Positions 8,519 through 16,741 of a DNA stretch of 32,000 nt are shown piece by piece. The stretch is from positions 1,050,001 through 1,082,000 of the forward strand of contig NC_014148.1 of the NCBI RefSeq assembly GCF_000092105.1, given 5' to 3'. Under the pieces are notes generated by a model, which made no database searches, was not told the origin of the DNA, and was given only the letters and a program-made list of their open reading frames with translations. Position 1 is the stretch's first letter, and every line of letters begins with the position of its first letter. A program made the translations under genes and the position numbers. Origin of the DNA: Planctopirus limnophila DSM 3776. GTDB taxonomy: Bacteria; Planctomycetota; Planctomycetia; Planctomycetales; Planctomycetaceae.

Positions 8519-9262
8519 ATGCAGAAGTATGCCCATCTCGCGGACGACTTCTACGCGAATTTGAATCTTCACACAGAAATGCCTCTTCCCGGGAGCCGGG
8601 AAACGATCCTGGGGTTTTTCGAGAGGCTGCAGAAAACCTATCCTTCGATGAGGAATTTTCATTCGCGCGAGGGGAAGGATTACATCCTCGAATCGGATAA
8701 AGATCAGGAGCAGCAGAGGTGGGTTTCGATGGAAACCAAACGCATCTCGAGTGGGCTGATCAATCCGCTGGATCTGGATGAAGCAGCTGCCCAGCATGAA
8801 CTGGTGCTGCAACTGGCCCCGTATATGCTTTCAGTCTCGCCGCTCGATTGTGAAGCACTGGACTATATGCTGGGGTTCGATTTCGCTTATCGAGGTAACC
8901 ACGATGCTTTGCTGGCGGAAGTTCTTTCACCCGGCCCGGCAATCGAAAATCTGCTGGCCTTGCCCGGGGCCCAACCCTTGAGCTATCAGCCGGGAATTGT
9001 CATGGCCCTGGATGATACATGTCGTCGGCATGCGCGATTGAGTGTCGAAACTCGAACCAATCCTTACCAGGTTCGTAAAGGTGAGTTTGGTGAAGACCAG
9101 ATCAGTGTCTATTTTTGTGTGCGGCAATATGGCAGTCTGGATGCTTCTTCAAGTTACGATACAACCTTTCGCCAGTTGAGATCGATCTGCGAAGAACTTG
9201 TCGATCGATGTGTGGTTGAACAAATCCTCAAGCCCATTCAACAGGCGATTGATGCACGTTAG
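8519..9262 (+). CDS. hypothetical protein (no family recognised), first gene of a putative hyp-DUF58-vWA operon
   Basis: 247 aa from the ATG at 8519 (MQKYAHLADDFYANL...). Composition looks like a soluble protein. The same-strand DUF58 gene follows 64 nt downstream. Confidence 0.65.
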   Translation: MQKYAHLADDFYANLNLHTEMPLPGSRETILGFFERLQKTYPSMRNFHSREGKDYILESDKDQEQQRWVSMETKRISSGLINPLDLDEAAAQHELVLQLAPYMLSVSPLDCEALDYMLGFDFAYRGNHDALLAEVLSPGPAIENLLALPGAQPLSYQPGIVMALDDTCRRHARLSVETRTNPYQVRKGEFGEDQISVYFCVRQYGSLDASSSYDTTFRQLRSICEELVDRCVVEQILKPIQQAIDAR

Positions 9263-9326
9263 ACTCTTGTGGAAGACTCGCCAGAGCCGACAAACAGAGA
9301 CCAGGTTCTCGTATTGAGAGTACCCC

Positions 9327-10223
9327 ATGGCTAACGCCAGACAATTGACTTCACTGGTCTCGAACAGCGCACTTTCTCGAGCGGAGAATCTGCGACTGGC
9401 TCCACGATTCCGCAAAACCAACCGCATGCGGGGTGAACATCTGGCTGGTCGCGGTGGTTCAAGTACCGAGTTTGAAGACTTTCGAGATTACAGCCCTGGT
9501 GATGACATCCGGTATGTCGACTGGAATATCTTTGCCCGTCTGCATCGCCCTTATCTGAAACTGTACCGACACGAAGAAGAAATGCATGTTGTCATCCTGC
9601 TGGATGCTTCCAGTTCGATGAAGTTTGGCGAAAAGTTTGATCGAGCCCGGCAGGCTGCCGCACTTCTGGCCATGATGGGGCTCATGAATATGGAGCCAGT
9701 CTCGATCTACGCCTTGGGCAGCCGGAATGAGGCCACGCATCAGATTCGACGACTGCGCGGGAAAAGTTCTTTCCGCAAACTTTTTGAGTTTCTCGAAAAC
9801 CTGCCAGTTGGGGGTGATGCCGAGATTGACTTTACCATCGACGCTGCACTCCGGCAGCACTCGGGTCGCGGGGTGGTCATCTGCCTGTCAGACTTCCTGA
9901 CGTTTGGCCGAATTGATCAGGCCATCAGCCGGTTGTTTGGAGCTGGTCTGGAACCCTGGGCCATTCAGATTTTATCCAGCGACGAGCATAACCCTGAGTT
10001 AGAACAGGATGTTCGTTTTGTCGACTCCGAAACGGGAGAAACGCTGGATGTGACAGCCGGGGGAGATCTGTTGCGAATTTACGAGGAATACCGGTTGTCA
10101 CTCGAACGAGAACTGGAGCAGGTCTGTCGGCAACGTGGCGGGCGGTCGTTGTCATTCAACACCAGCCAAAGCGTGGACAACATCGTCTTCGATACACTCC
10201 TTCGTAAAGGCTGGGTGCGATGA
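9327..10223 (+). CDS. DUF58 domain-containing protein (vWA-like fold)
   Basis: FEDFRDYSPGDDIRYVDWNIFARLHRPYLKLY signature. VVILLDASSSM is a DxSxS MIDAS-like motif. The stop overlaps the next start (ATGA at 10220-10223). Confidence 0.9.
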   Translation: MANARQLTSLVSNSALSRAENLRLAPRFRKTNRMRGEHLAGRGGSSTEFEDFRDYSPGDDIRYVDWNIFARLHRPYLKLYRHEEEMHVVILLDASSSMKFGEKFDRARQAAALLAMMGLMNMEPVSIYALGSRNEATHQIRRLRGKSSFRKLFEFLENLPVGGDAEIDFTIDAALRQHSGRGVVICLSDFLTFGRIDQAISRLFGAGLEPWAIQILSSDEHNPELEQDVRFVDSETGETLDVTAGGDLLRIYEEYRLSLERELEQVCRQRGGRSLSFNTSQSVDNIVFDTLLRKGWVR

Positions 10224-12190
10224 GTTGGCCTGGCTTTGCATCACTTTCAGCGGCCTGGTATCTGCTGCTCCTGGCACCGCTGATCCTGTTTTATTTTCTC
10301 AAGCTGCGCCGACCGAGAGTCGAGATCCCTTCGTTGGCCTTATGGCAGCAGGTGGTTCGCGATTCTCGCGTCAACTCTCCGTTTCAAAGGTTCCAAAGAA
10401 ACCTTTTGCTGCTGGCACAGATTCTGTTGCTGTTGGCTTTGATACTGGCAGCCATGCAGCCCTTCTGGCCGGCTCGTTCGCAAACCGCACGGTATCTGCC
10501 TGTGATTATTGATATCTCGGCCAGCATGGAAGGTGTGGAGAAAGCGGGTGGCCAGACCAGACTGCAACTGGCGAAACAGGAAGTGACCAAACTGATCGAT
10601 GGTCTTATGGCCGATCAGAAAATCAGCCTGATTGCCGCCTCTGACTCGGCCCGTCGATTGACGGATTTCACGAATGATCAACGCATCCTCAAAGCAGCAC
10701 TTGATCAACTGACGATTTCTGAATCGACAAGTCAGTTGGAAGATGCCTTCCGCATGTCGATCGCTTTGGCACGCACTGTGCCTGTCGAGACGGTTGTCCT
10801 TTTCAGTGATGGAAATGTCCCTCCAGAATTCGATCTGGAGCTTCCTTTTCGAGTGAGCTTTCAGAAAGTCCCAGCGGCAACGTCGAATGTGGGGATCACC
10901 GAATTCAATGCCAGAAAATCACGCGAGAACTGGGAGGTCTTTGCCCGGGTCGAGGCTTCGTCAAAATTTGCCGGGCTCACTCAAGTTGAATTCTTCGAGA
11001 ATGGAGAACTCCTGAGCAGTGAGTCGATTTCATTGGCTGGCGGATCCGCAGAGCGACTGATTTTTCGCACTTCTTCGCCAGAAAGTACGGAGGTGGCTCT
11101 GCGCCTTGTTCCGGATGGTGTGGATGCGGTTGGCAGTGATAATGAAGCTTTTCTCGTGACTCCGCAGGTCAGGCCACTGAGTATCTATTGCCCTCCCGAA
11201 CTGACGACGTTTCGTCATGCCCTGGCTGCCATGAAAGACGTGGTTGTCTTTCCCGCTGAAGGGGCTGCGACACCATCCTCAGTGGATCTTGTGATTTCTA
11301 ATCAAGTGGCTGATGCCGAACGTGATGCGCGGGTCATTTTGACCGTGGGTTTGGTTCCCGCCGAGCTGGAATCATTTATTTCGACGGAAGAAGTGGCCAC
11401 AGGTTCGGGATTGGCAGAGGTCACGGACTGGTTAAGGACAGATCCTCTCCTGAGGCATGTGCAGCTTTTAGATGTGCAGATTGGCGGGGCACCGCAATTG
11501 AAGGAAGGTGAGTCCGACCGCACCATTGAAGCGGCAGGTTTTCAGGTGGTAGCGACATCCACAGGAGGCCCGCTGGTTGTGTCGAGGCCCTCGGGGGCAC
11601 AGCAGCGCTATCATATTTTGTTTCCGATGGAACGTTCGACGCTGCCCTTCCGTGTCGGGTTTCCCATCCTCGTGGCCAATGCCGTTGATCTGGCTCAGAA
11701 TCTGGCAGGCTTGAATGAAACCAAAGCACTCCGGACGGGTGTCTTCCCCCCGTTGACACTTCAGCCGGAGACCCGCTATCGCATTGTGGGGCCGGTCGAA
11801 CCGGAGTGGAAACTGGCTGCAGGGAGTTCGTTACGATTAAGCCCGATGGCTGCCAATGGTCGCCAGCGCACCACAGCGCGAACCACAGAATTGACGACAG
11901 ATGCCAACGGACAACTGGCAGGTGTGGCAGCACCGGCTGTGGGTGTCTACCAGATTTTTGATGGTGGAACTCTCGTCAAGCAGATCGGCGTAGCGCTTCA
12001 GAGTGTGCAGGAGACATCTCTGTTCGTGCAGCAGGACTTAAGATTTTCAGAAGCCAAAGTTTCCGCAGCCGATGAGAAACTGGCTGTCGAAACACCACTC
12101 TGGCGCTGGTTTGCCTGGGCAGCGCTGCTTTTTCTGCTCTGGGAATGGTGGCTGTTCCAGAAACCAGCACTGCCTCTCAAACGTGCTTAG
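10220..12190 (+). CDS. BatA-like membrane protein: aerotolerance-regulator N-terminal double-TM domain + vWA domain + C-terminal TM anchor
   Basis: The N-terminus AWYLLLLAPLILFYFLKLRRPRVEIPSLALWQ matches the BatA_N pattern. LPVIIDISASM is a DxSxS motif. The C-terminal helix is WFAWAALLFLLWEWWLF. Translationally coupled to the DUF58 gene. Confidence 0.9.
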   Translation: MSWPGFASLSAAWYLLLLAPLILFYFLKLRRPRVEIPSLALWQQVVRDSRVNSPFQRFQRNLLLLAQILLLLALILAAMQPFWPARSQTARYLPVIIDISASMEGVEKAGGQTRLQLAKQEVTKLIDGLMADQKISLIAASDSARRLTDFTNDQRILKAALDQLTISESTSQLEDAFRMSIALARTVPVETVVLFSDGNVPPEFDLELPFRVSFQKVPAATSNVGITEFNARKSRENWEVFARVEASSKFAGLTQVEFFENGELLSSESISLAGGSAERLIFRTSSPESTEVALRLVPDGVDAVGSDNEAFLVTPQVRPLSIYCPPELTTFRHALAAMKDVVVFPAEGAATPSSVDLVISNQVADAERDARVILTVGLVPAELESFISTEEVATGSGLAEVTDWLRTDPLLRHVQLLDVQIGGAPQLKEGESDRTIEAAGFQVVATSTGGPLVVSRPSGAQQRYHILFPMERSTLPFRVGFPILVANAVDLAQNLAGLNETKALRTGVFPPLTLQPETRYRIVGPVEPEWKLAAGSSLRLSPMAANGRQRTTARTTELTTDANGQLAGVAAPAVGVYQIFDGGTLVKQIGVALQSVQETSLFVQQDLRFSEAKVSAADEKLAVETPLWRWFAWAALLFLLWEWWLFQKPALPLKRA

Positions 12191-12213
12191 TTTGATCAAG
12201 ACCTCCCCTGTTT

Positions 12214-12234
12214 GTGCCATGCTTGCGGCTCTGA
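12214..12234 (-). repeat. inverted copy (21-nt core) of the TCAGAGCCGCAAGCATGGCAC element
   Basis: GTGCCATGCTTGCGGCTCTGA is the exact reverse complement of 15822-15842 and differs at one position from 13630-13650. Confidence 0.85.
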
Positions 12235-12247
12235 GCAAGCATGTTTT
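12218..12247 (+). terminator. rho-independent terminator of the BatA-like gene
   Basis: CATGCTTGC-ggctctga-GCAAGCATG forms a perfect 9-bp stem with an 8-nt loop, followed by TTTT. It begins 28 nt after the stop at 12190. Confidence 0.7.
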
Positions 12248-12684
12248 CGCATTCCACACACCCTGTAAATGACCACGCCCTTACGCAAAGCCTCCAGGGT
12301 CGTGCCACCCAAAACAAAGTCAAGTCTGGGGGCAGGGCCTGCGCATCGCGTGGCTTCTTGTTGTCGCGGAACTGCACGACAACCCGGACACAAGTTGGCC
12401 GGGCTACCCGTTAAGAATTTCCGGAAAACAGCTTCTCCCGCGTGAATGACTGATGGCCGAGGTCGATAGAATTTTCAACTTTTCCGCATGCGGCCTGCAT
12501 GAAAGTCAGCTTGTTAAACAATCTGACAGTTCTGTTGTGTCTCTGCCGATAGTTTTGAGCAGGCGGTGAATCTTGAAGGCCTGTGATTTCATCAGGTTCG
12601 GACTGTCTTCGGCAGAAATTGCCGCTGGATCGATGAGGCCTGTTCAAGTGAGTTGGCAGCGCGTCTCTGCAGTGAGTGACTGGA

Positions 12685-13560
12685 ATGCCCCTAAACTCCT
12701 TACGATGGACAGCATTCACGCTCGCTCTGCTGAGTCTGGCGGGTTGGCCTGACTGTGCGTCAGCTCAGGAAGCGGGTTTTCTGGATCGCTCTCTGCTGGC
12801 AGATCCGTCGATCGTTTTCAGTCCAACGTCTGGCGATGAAATCGAAACCGATCGCGACTCATTTACACCGGCAACGACAGTGGTGGGCCACCACAAAACG
12901 ATTGTCGAAGCGGCTTACTCGTTCATTGATAATCCCTCCAGCCGGGAGACACACAGTTTCCCGGAATTGCTGGTTCGATATGGCGTGAGCGACCGCATTG
13001 AAATCCGGCTGGGATGGAACTACGAGACGGGTGGTGGCGGTTCCGTCAGTGGGAATTCTTCGTTCATCGAAGAAGAACCATTGGTTGATGAGATCGAGAA
13101 CGACGGAGATCTGCTCTATGGATTGAAGCTGTTTGTGAATGAACAGGCCGACTGGCTGCCTCAATCCTCGCTTATTGTGCAGGCCAATACTCCGACATCC
13201 GGGAGTCTGAATACGACACAATTCACACTCTGCTATGTGGTGGGTTGGGAATTGCCGAATGCGTGGACGATTGACGCCGCCATGCGCTATTCAGCCACCG
13301 CCGAAGAGGAAGATCATTTCAATCTGTGGGCTCCGTCTGTGGTGCTCAAAGTTCCTGTCGGAACAAAATATAAAGCCCATATCGAATACTTTGGCATCTT
13401 CTCGGATCAGCAGGAGACAGCGCAGACCTCACAATACATCAGCCCGGGAATCCACTATCTCATCACACCAGATCTGGAAATCGGAATTCGTGTGGGCTGG
13501 GGACTCAACAGCGACTCAGCACGATTCTTCTCGAATGTCGGTGCCGGCTGGCGATTCTAG
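12685..13560 (+). CDS. outer-membrane beta-barrel protein, MetA-pathway-of-phenol-degradation-like transporter family
   Basis: Signal peptide LRWTAFTLALLSLAGWPDCASAQ. ETDRDSFTPATTVVG..VEAAYSF motif. Alternating beta-strand pattern and a C-terminal GAGWRF with terminal Phe. The ATG is at 12685; a GTG at 12676 is an alternative start. Confidence 0.75.
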   Translation: MPLNSLRWTAFTLALLSLAGWPDCASAQEAGFLDRSLLADPSIVFSPTSGDEIETDRDSFTPATTVVGHHKTIVEAAYSFIDNPSSRETHSFPELLVRYGVSDRIEIRLGWNYETGGGGSVSGNSSFIEEEPLVDEIENDGDLLYGLKLFVNEQADWLPQSSLIVQANTPTSGSLNTTQFTLCYVVGWELPNAWTIDAAMRYSATAEEEDHFNLWAPSVVLKVPVGTKYKAHIEYFGIFSDQQETAQTSQYISPGIHYLITPDLEIGIRVGWGLNSDSARFFSNVGAGWRF

Positions 13561-13629
13561 TGAAAAGTAGGGCAGGCTCCCGCGTACTTTGCATCCAGCA
13601 CTTCTGTTCGATTGGCAAAGTCTGCTTGC

Positions 13630-13656
13630 TCAGAGCCGCAAGTATGGCACGGATCA
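13630..13656 (+). repeat. left 27-nt direct repeat flanking the low-GC islet (attL-like)
   Basis: TCAGAGCCGCAAGTATGGCACGGATCA is 25/27 identical to 15822-15848 in the same orientation. Preceded by TGCTTGC, which pairs with GCAAGTA to form a hairpin. Confidence 0.85.
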
Positions 13657-13698
13657 CCGAGAGTTTTGAACTCCTCATCTCCCTACCGCCCAACTAAT

Positions 13699-14052
13699 TC
13701 ACCTACTCCTCTCGGGGGAAATCTCTAAATCACCAAGTGCCTCGTAAATGGAAACATATCGCGGTCGAAGTTCCACCGCCTTTGCAAGCATCTGCTCAGG
13801 ATCTCTAGTATCCGCCATAAACACTGACGGATCAGGAAGAAAATCTAGAGGTTTGACTTTTTCGTCAAAATAGCAAAGCATCTCTTTCTTGATCGTCACA
13901 GGTAAGCCGTCAAGTATCTCTGTCGCAGAAGTGTCGCGACGATGCACAAGTTTAAAAACAATATTCTCAGCACATTGCCTTTTTGTGATATTCCCTTCTT
14001 CAAAGCCATTAACAAGAACACCCCAAGTCGCGTAGCCCTTGTCTGATTCCAT
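13699..14052 (-). CDS. hypothetical small acidic protein (117 aa), islet gene 2
   Basis: The ATG at 14052 is preceded by GGAGAG 5 nt upstream (minus strand ..ATAGGAGAGTATCAATG). MESDKGYATWGVLVNGFEEG... No family recognised. The tracked ORF start at 14079 adds 9 codons. Confidence 0.6.
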   Translation of the reverse strand: MESDKGYATWGVLVNGFEEGNITKRQCAENIVFKLVHRRDTSATEILDGLPVTIKKEMLCYFDEKVKPLDFLPDPSVFMADTRDPEQMLAKAVELRPRYVSIYEALGDLEISPERSR

Positions 14053-14425
14053 TGATACTCTCCTATAAATTCCGACCACGCATCTATTGCGCGAGTTATA
14101 AAACGGAAGTGTCTCCTCATTGAGGCAGGCAAAAACCAGGCTCTTCGCAATACTTCGAGCATGCAGAACAACACACGGCAGTGTACCGCCGGATGACCCC
14201 GGTTGAAATTCTTTTTTCTACCGGGGCGGTGAGGACACAGAAGGATGGACGGCTTGCCTGATTCAGTTGAATATGAACTCTTTTTCAAATTCACCGGAGG
14301 GAACTTCTGCCGACAGTGCCTCCTTTATCACGACACACAAGTAGCTTGCGACACTCAACCTGTGCTACCGCGCGATACCAAGCATTTTTTTCTTAAGACA
14401 GCAGCAGCATTGCGCAGCCGTCATT

Positions 14426-15703
14426 TCAGTAACCTAATCTTCGACTCCATAGAAGGCGAACGAGAAAAATTGAACTCTCACACATTGCGGATATAGCGGC
14501 TGCATAGAGGATTACAAAGCCCTCGTCACGCGTTGGATGGTCTGCTGCCCACTTAAGATATGGCCAACCGCAAAGTAGTCCAAGCAAGACAATGAGAGAC
14601 ACGCCAATACCTGGAATCGACCATGACTTGACTTGATGGAAATAACTGGTGGCGCCGTGTGCTGTAACCACTTTTGCTCGTAATGAATAGAGAGCCATTC
14701 GAACTTTGAGGAAATTATTAATCCCAAGAAAATCCACAATACGCTGCTCTTGAATTTCGCACACTTGTGGGAATTTTGCTCTTATGTTTGCCCAGCGTAG
14801 AAGTTGCAACTTCTCAACTAAGTGAGTTAATGATTTGACGTAATCTATATACTCTAGCTGAAAAGTTGTTAGCACAAACGGTGCCCAGAGAACATTTCGT
14901 GCATGTTCTCGCAATTCTTCTTGAAGGTAGTGCTCCGAATCTAGCGCCAATTTGATTTTTGAAACTGCTTCGTTGAGTGAAAGTTCTTGTGGAATTTCAA
15001 GGTGCCCGCTTGACTTGTACTTTTCAAAGGACTCCAAGAACCAGATTGATCCATTGGTCCCATAACCATACTCAACAATTGCGCCTCCGGAGGAGCGGAG
15101 TTTATCAACAGCTCTAAGGACGCAATTCGCACATATAACGGCTTCGTGCAGAAAGCGAATCTGCTCCAGTTGAACACCCGTGTGATTGTGGTGACTAAAG
15201 GGGGAGTGTGAGATTTGGTACCATGCGCCGTCCCATTCGGGGCGGTATACGTACCAACCATTGTTTGTCTCTCTTGGATCATACTGTTTGAAGAGTAGTG
15301 TTGCCACTCCTGGTCGTTGCAGCGTTCGGAGGCGATATTTGGAGCTCTTTAATTTGTGTCTTGTTGGTCCACTAGCGAAGAACTTCGAGAAGAAGGTAGA
15401 CACAGACGTTGTTATTTCAGTGTACAAAGTTGAGAGAATGTCTGATCCATCGTAAGAAGTGAGGCTGACGGTTGTACCAATAAGTAAAACGCCTACGACA
15501 AGCGCGAGAACTTGGCCCAGAAACTGAATTGAGTCTTCGAGGTCGGCTGCTGTAACGTTGGACGGTAGCCATTGTTTAAGGCCTAGGTACATTGCTATGA
15601 AGACGAAGATAGTAAGTATATGCACTAAAGCAGGGTGAGGCGATAGTGGGCTTTTGTGTAGAAGTTTTCGAAAGAATGGTCTTTTCATGTTACTTGGTGG
15701 CAT
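14426..15703 (-). CDS. hypothetical 4-TM membrane protein with ~280-aa soluble central domain, islet gene 1
   Basis: Long ORF in an AT-rich context. Numbering on the 441-aa tracked ORF: TM helices at about 41-58, 77-97, 379-399 and 411-435, and a His-rich patch HSPFSHHNH at 182-190. The start is ambiguous: TTG at 15751, ATG at 15703 or ATG at 15688. No family recognised. Confidence 0.7.
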   Translation of the reverse strand: MPPSNMKRPFFRKLLHKSPLSPHPALVHILTIFVFIAMYLGLKQWLPSNVTAADLEDSIQFLGQVLALVVGVLLIGTTVSLTSYDGSDILSTLYTEITTSVSTFFSKFFASGPTRHKLKSSKYRLRTLQRPGVATLLFKQYDPRETNNGWYVYRPEWDGAWYQISHSPFSHHNHTGVQLEQIRFLHEAVICANCVLRAVDKLRSSGGAIVEYGYGTNGSIWFLESFEKYKSSGHLEIPQELSLNEAVSKIKLALDSEHYLQEELREHARNVLWAPFVLTTFQLEYIDYVKSLTHLVEKLQLLRWANIRAKFPQVCEIQEQRIVDFLGINNFLKVRMALYSLRAKVVTAHGATSYFHQVKSWSIPGIGVSLIVLLGLLCGWPYLKWAADHPTRDEGFVILYAAAISAMCESSIFLVRLLWSRRLGY

Positions 15704-15821
15704 TTGATGTTTTTGTTTTCTGTAGTAAGTAGTTGATGAGTAGCCTCTCAACTGCCTTGATTAGACTTTTTGCATCTCATTGGCATTCGGCTCAGTTGAT
15801 CCTTTGGCACATTATGGCTCG

Positions 15822-15848
15822 TCAGAGCCGCAAGCATGGCACGGATTA
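15822..15848 (+). repeat. right 27-nt direct repeat flanking the low-GC islet (attR-like)
   Basis: TCAGAGCCGCAAGCATGGCACGGATTA. The sequence to its left (TATGGCTCG) does not match the left flank of the 13630 copy. Confidence 0.85.
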
Positions 15849-15893
15849 ATGGCTGCTGTGTTGCCCAGGTTGATCCCCAATAGCCCATCGAGC

Positions 15894-16556
15894 TCAACTC
15901 GTCTTCTTCTGGAAGAACGTGGGTTCGGTGCCGGCGCGGAGGCGGGCGAGGTTGGATTTGTGGCGGTAGACAATGAGGATGGACAAGACGATCGCCATGA
16001 TCGCCTGCGGAGTGGTCGCTCCTTGAAGACCGTCTGATTGCCGGAACGCCAAAGGAACCTGCCAGCAGATCAATTCAAACGCCAGGTATCCCGCCAGTGC
16101 CATGAGCGAACTGAGCGAAACAATCTTGTTGATTGCGAAGCTGCCAAAGAAGCAGACGGTCGCGACAAGCAATCCCCAGGGAGAAGCCGCTCCGAGAGCT
16201 CCCAGTGAAGTCGCAATCCCTTTGCCACCTTTAAAGCCGAGCCAGATCGGGAACATGTGACCGATGACTGTCGTCATGGCCGACATGGGAATCACCCACT
16301 CGCTGGCTGGGCCTGTATCGCCTCCCAAACCAACAATCCCCGGAAGAAAGAGCGGGGGCAAGTAGCCTTTGAGGGCATCGAGTACAAGGACCACCAGCCC
16401 CCACTTTTTGCCGAGTGAGCGACTGACATTGGTGGCACCAATGTTGCCACTCCCCTCCTGGCGAATATCAATCCCGCGAATAACCCGCGCCAGCAGCAAT
16501 CCGAAAGGGATCGAACCTGCCAGATAGCTGGCCACAATCAGTAACACCCAGGGCAT
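15894..16556 (-). CDS. plsY: glycerol-3-phosphate acyltransferase PlsY (acyl-phosphate dependent)
   Basis: YLAGSIPFGLLLAR, GSGNIGATNV and FKGGKGIATSLG motifs. 220 aa and multi-TM. Confidence 0.95.
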   Translation of the reverse strand: MPWVLLIVASYLAGSIPFGLLLARVIRGIDIRQEGSGNIGATNVSRSLGKKWGLVVLVLDALKGYLPPLFLPGIVGLGGDTGPASEWVIPMSAMTTVIGHMFPIWLGFKGGKGIATSLGALGAASPWGLLVATVCFFGSFAINKIVSLSSLMALAGYLAFELICWQVPLAFRQSDGLQGATTPQAIMAIVLSILIVYRHKSNLARLRAGTEPTFFQKKTS

Positions 16557-16741
16557 GAACCATCTTCCCCAACAAAAGTCGGACCGGCAGAACCATCTCT
16601 ACATCAAGCAGCAGGAAAGTACAAAGTCCGGCGGAGGATGGAAACATCAGGGGGGAGAAATGCCATTCTGTTGCCATGATCGAACTCTGCATGCCATGAT
16701 TCGATGATGAACTATCGGGAGATAGTTTTTCCCTGTGAAGA

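Larger units (their letters stand above)
13657..15821. other. low-GC genomic islet (putative horizontally acquired cassette), two orphan ORFs, no recombinase
   Basis: Hand GC counts of 60-nt lines inside give 37-50 % (13861, 14401, 14461, 14701, 15001, 15601). Flanking lines give 53-60 % (10221, 13441, 16201). Bounded by the 27-nt direct repeats. Confidence 0.6.

Noticed and set aside
13896-14294. 132-aa minus-strand ORF in the islet, and the 83-aa plus-strand ORF 14245..14496
   Set aside because: The first overlaps the SD-supported 117-aa gene in another frame and is highly basic. The second overlaps the 3' end of the 4-TM gene. Neither has supporting signals.
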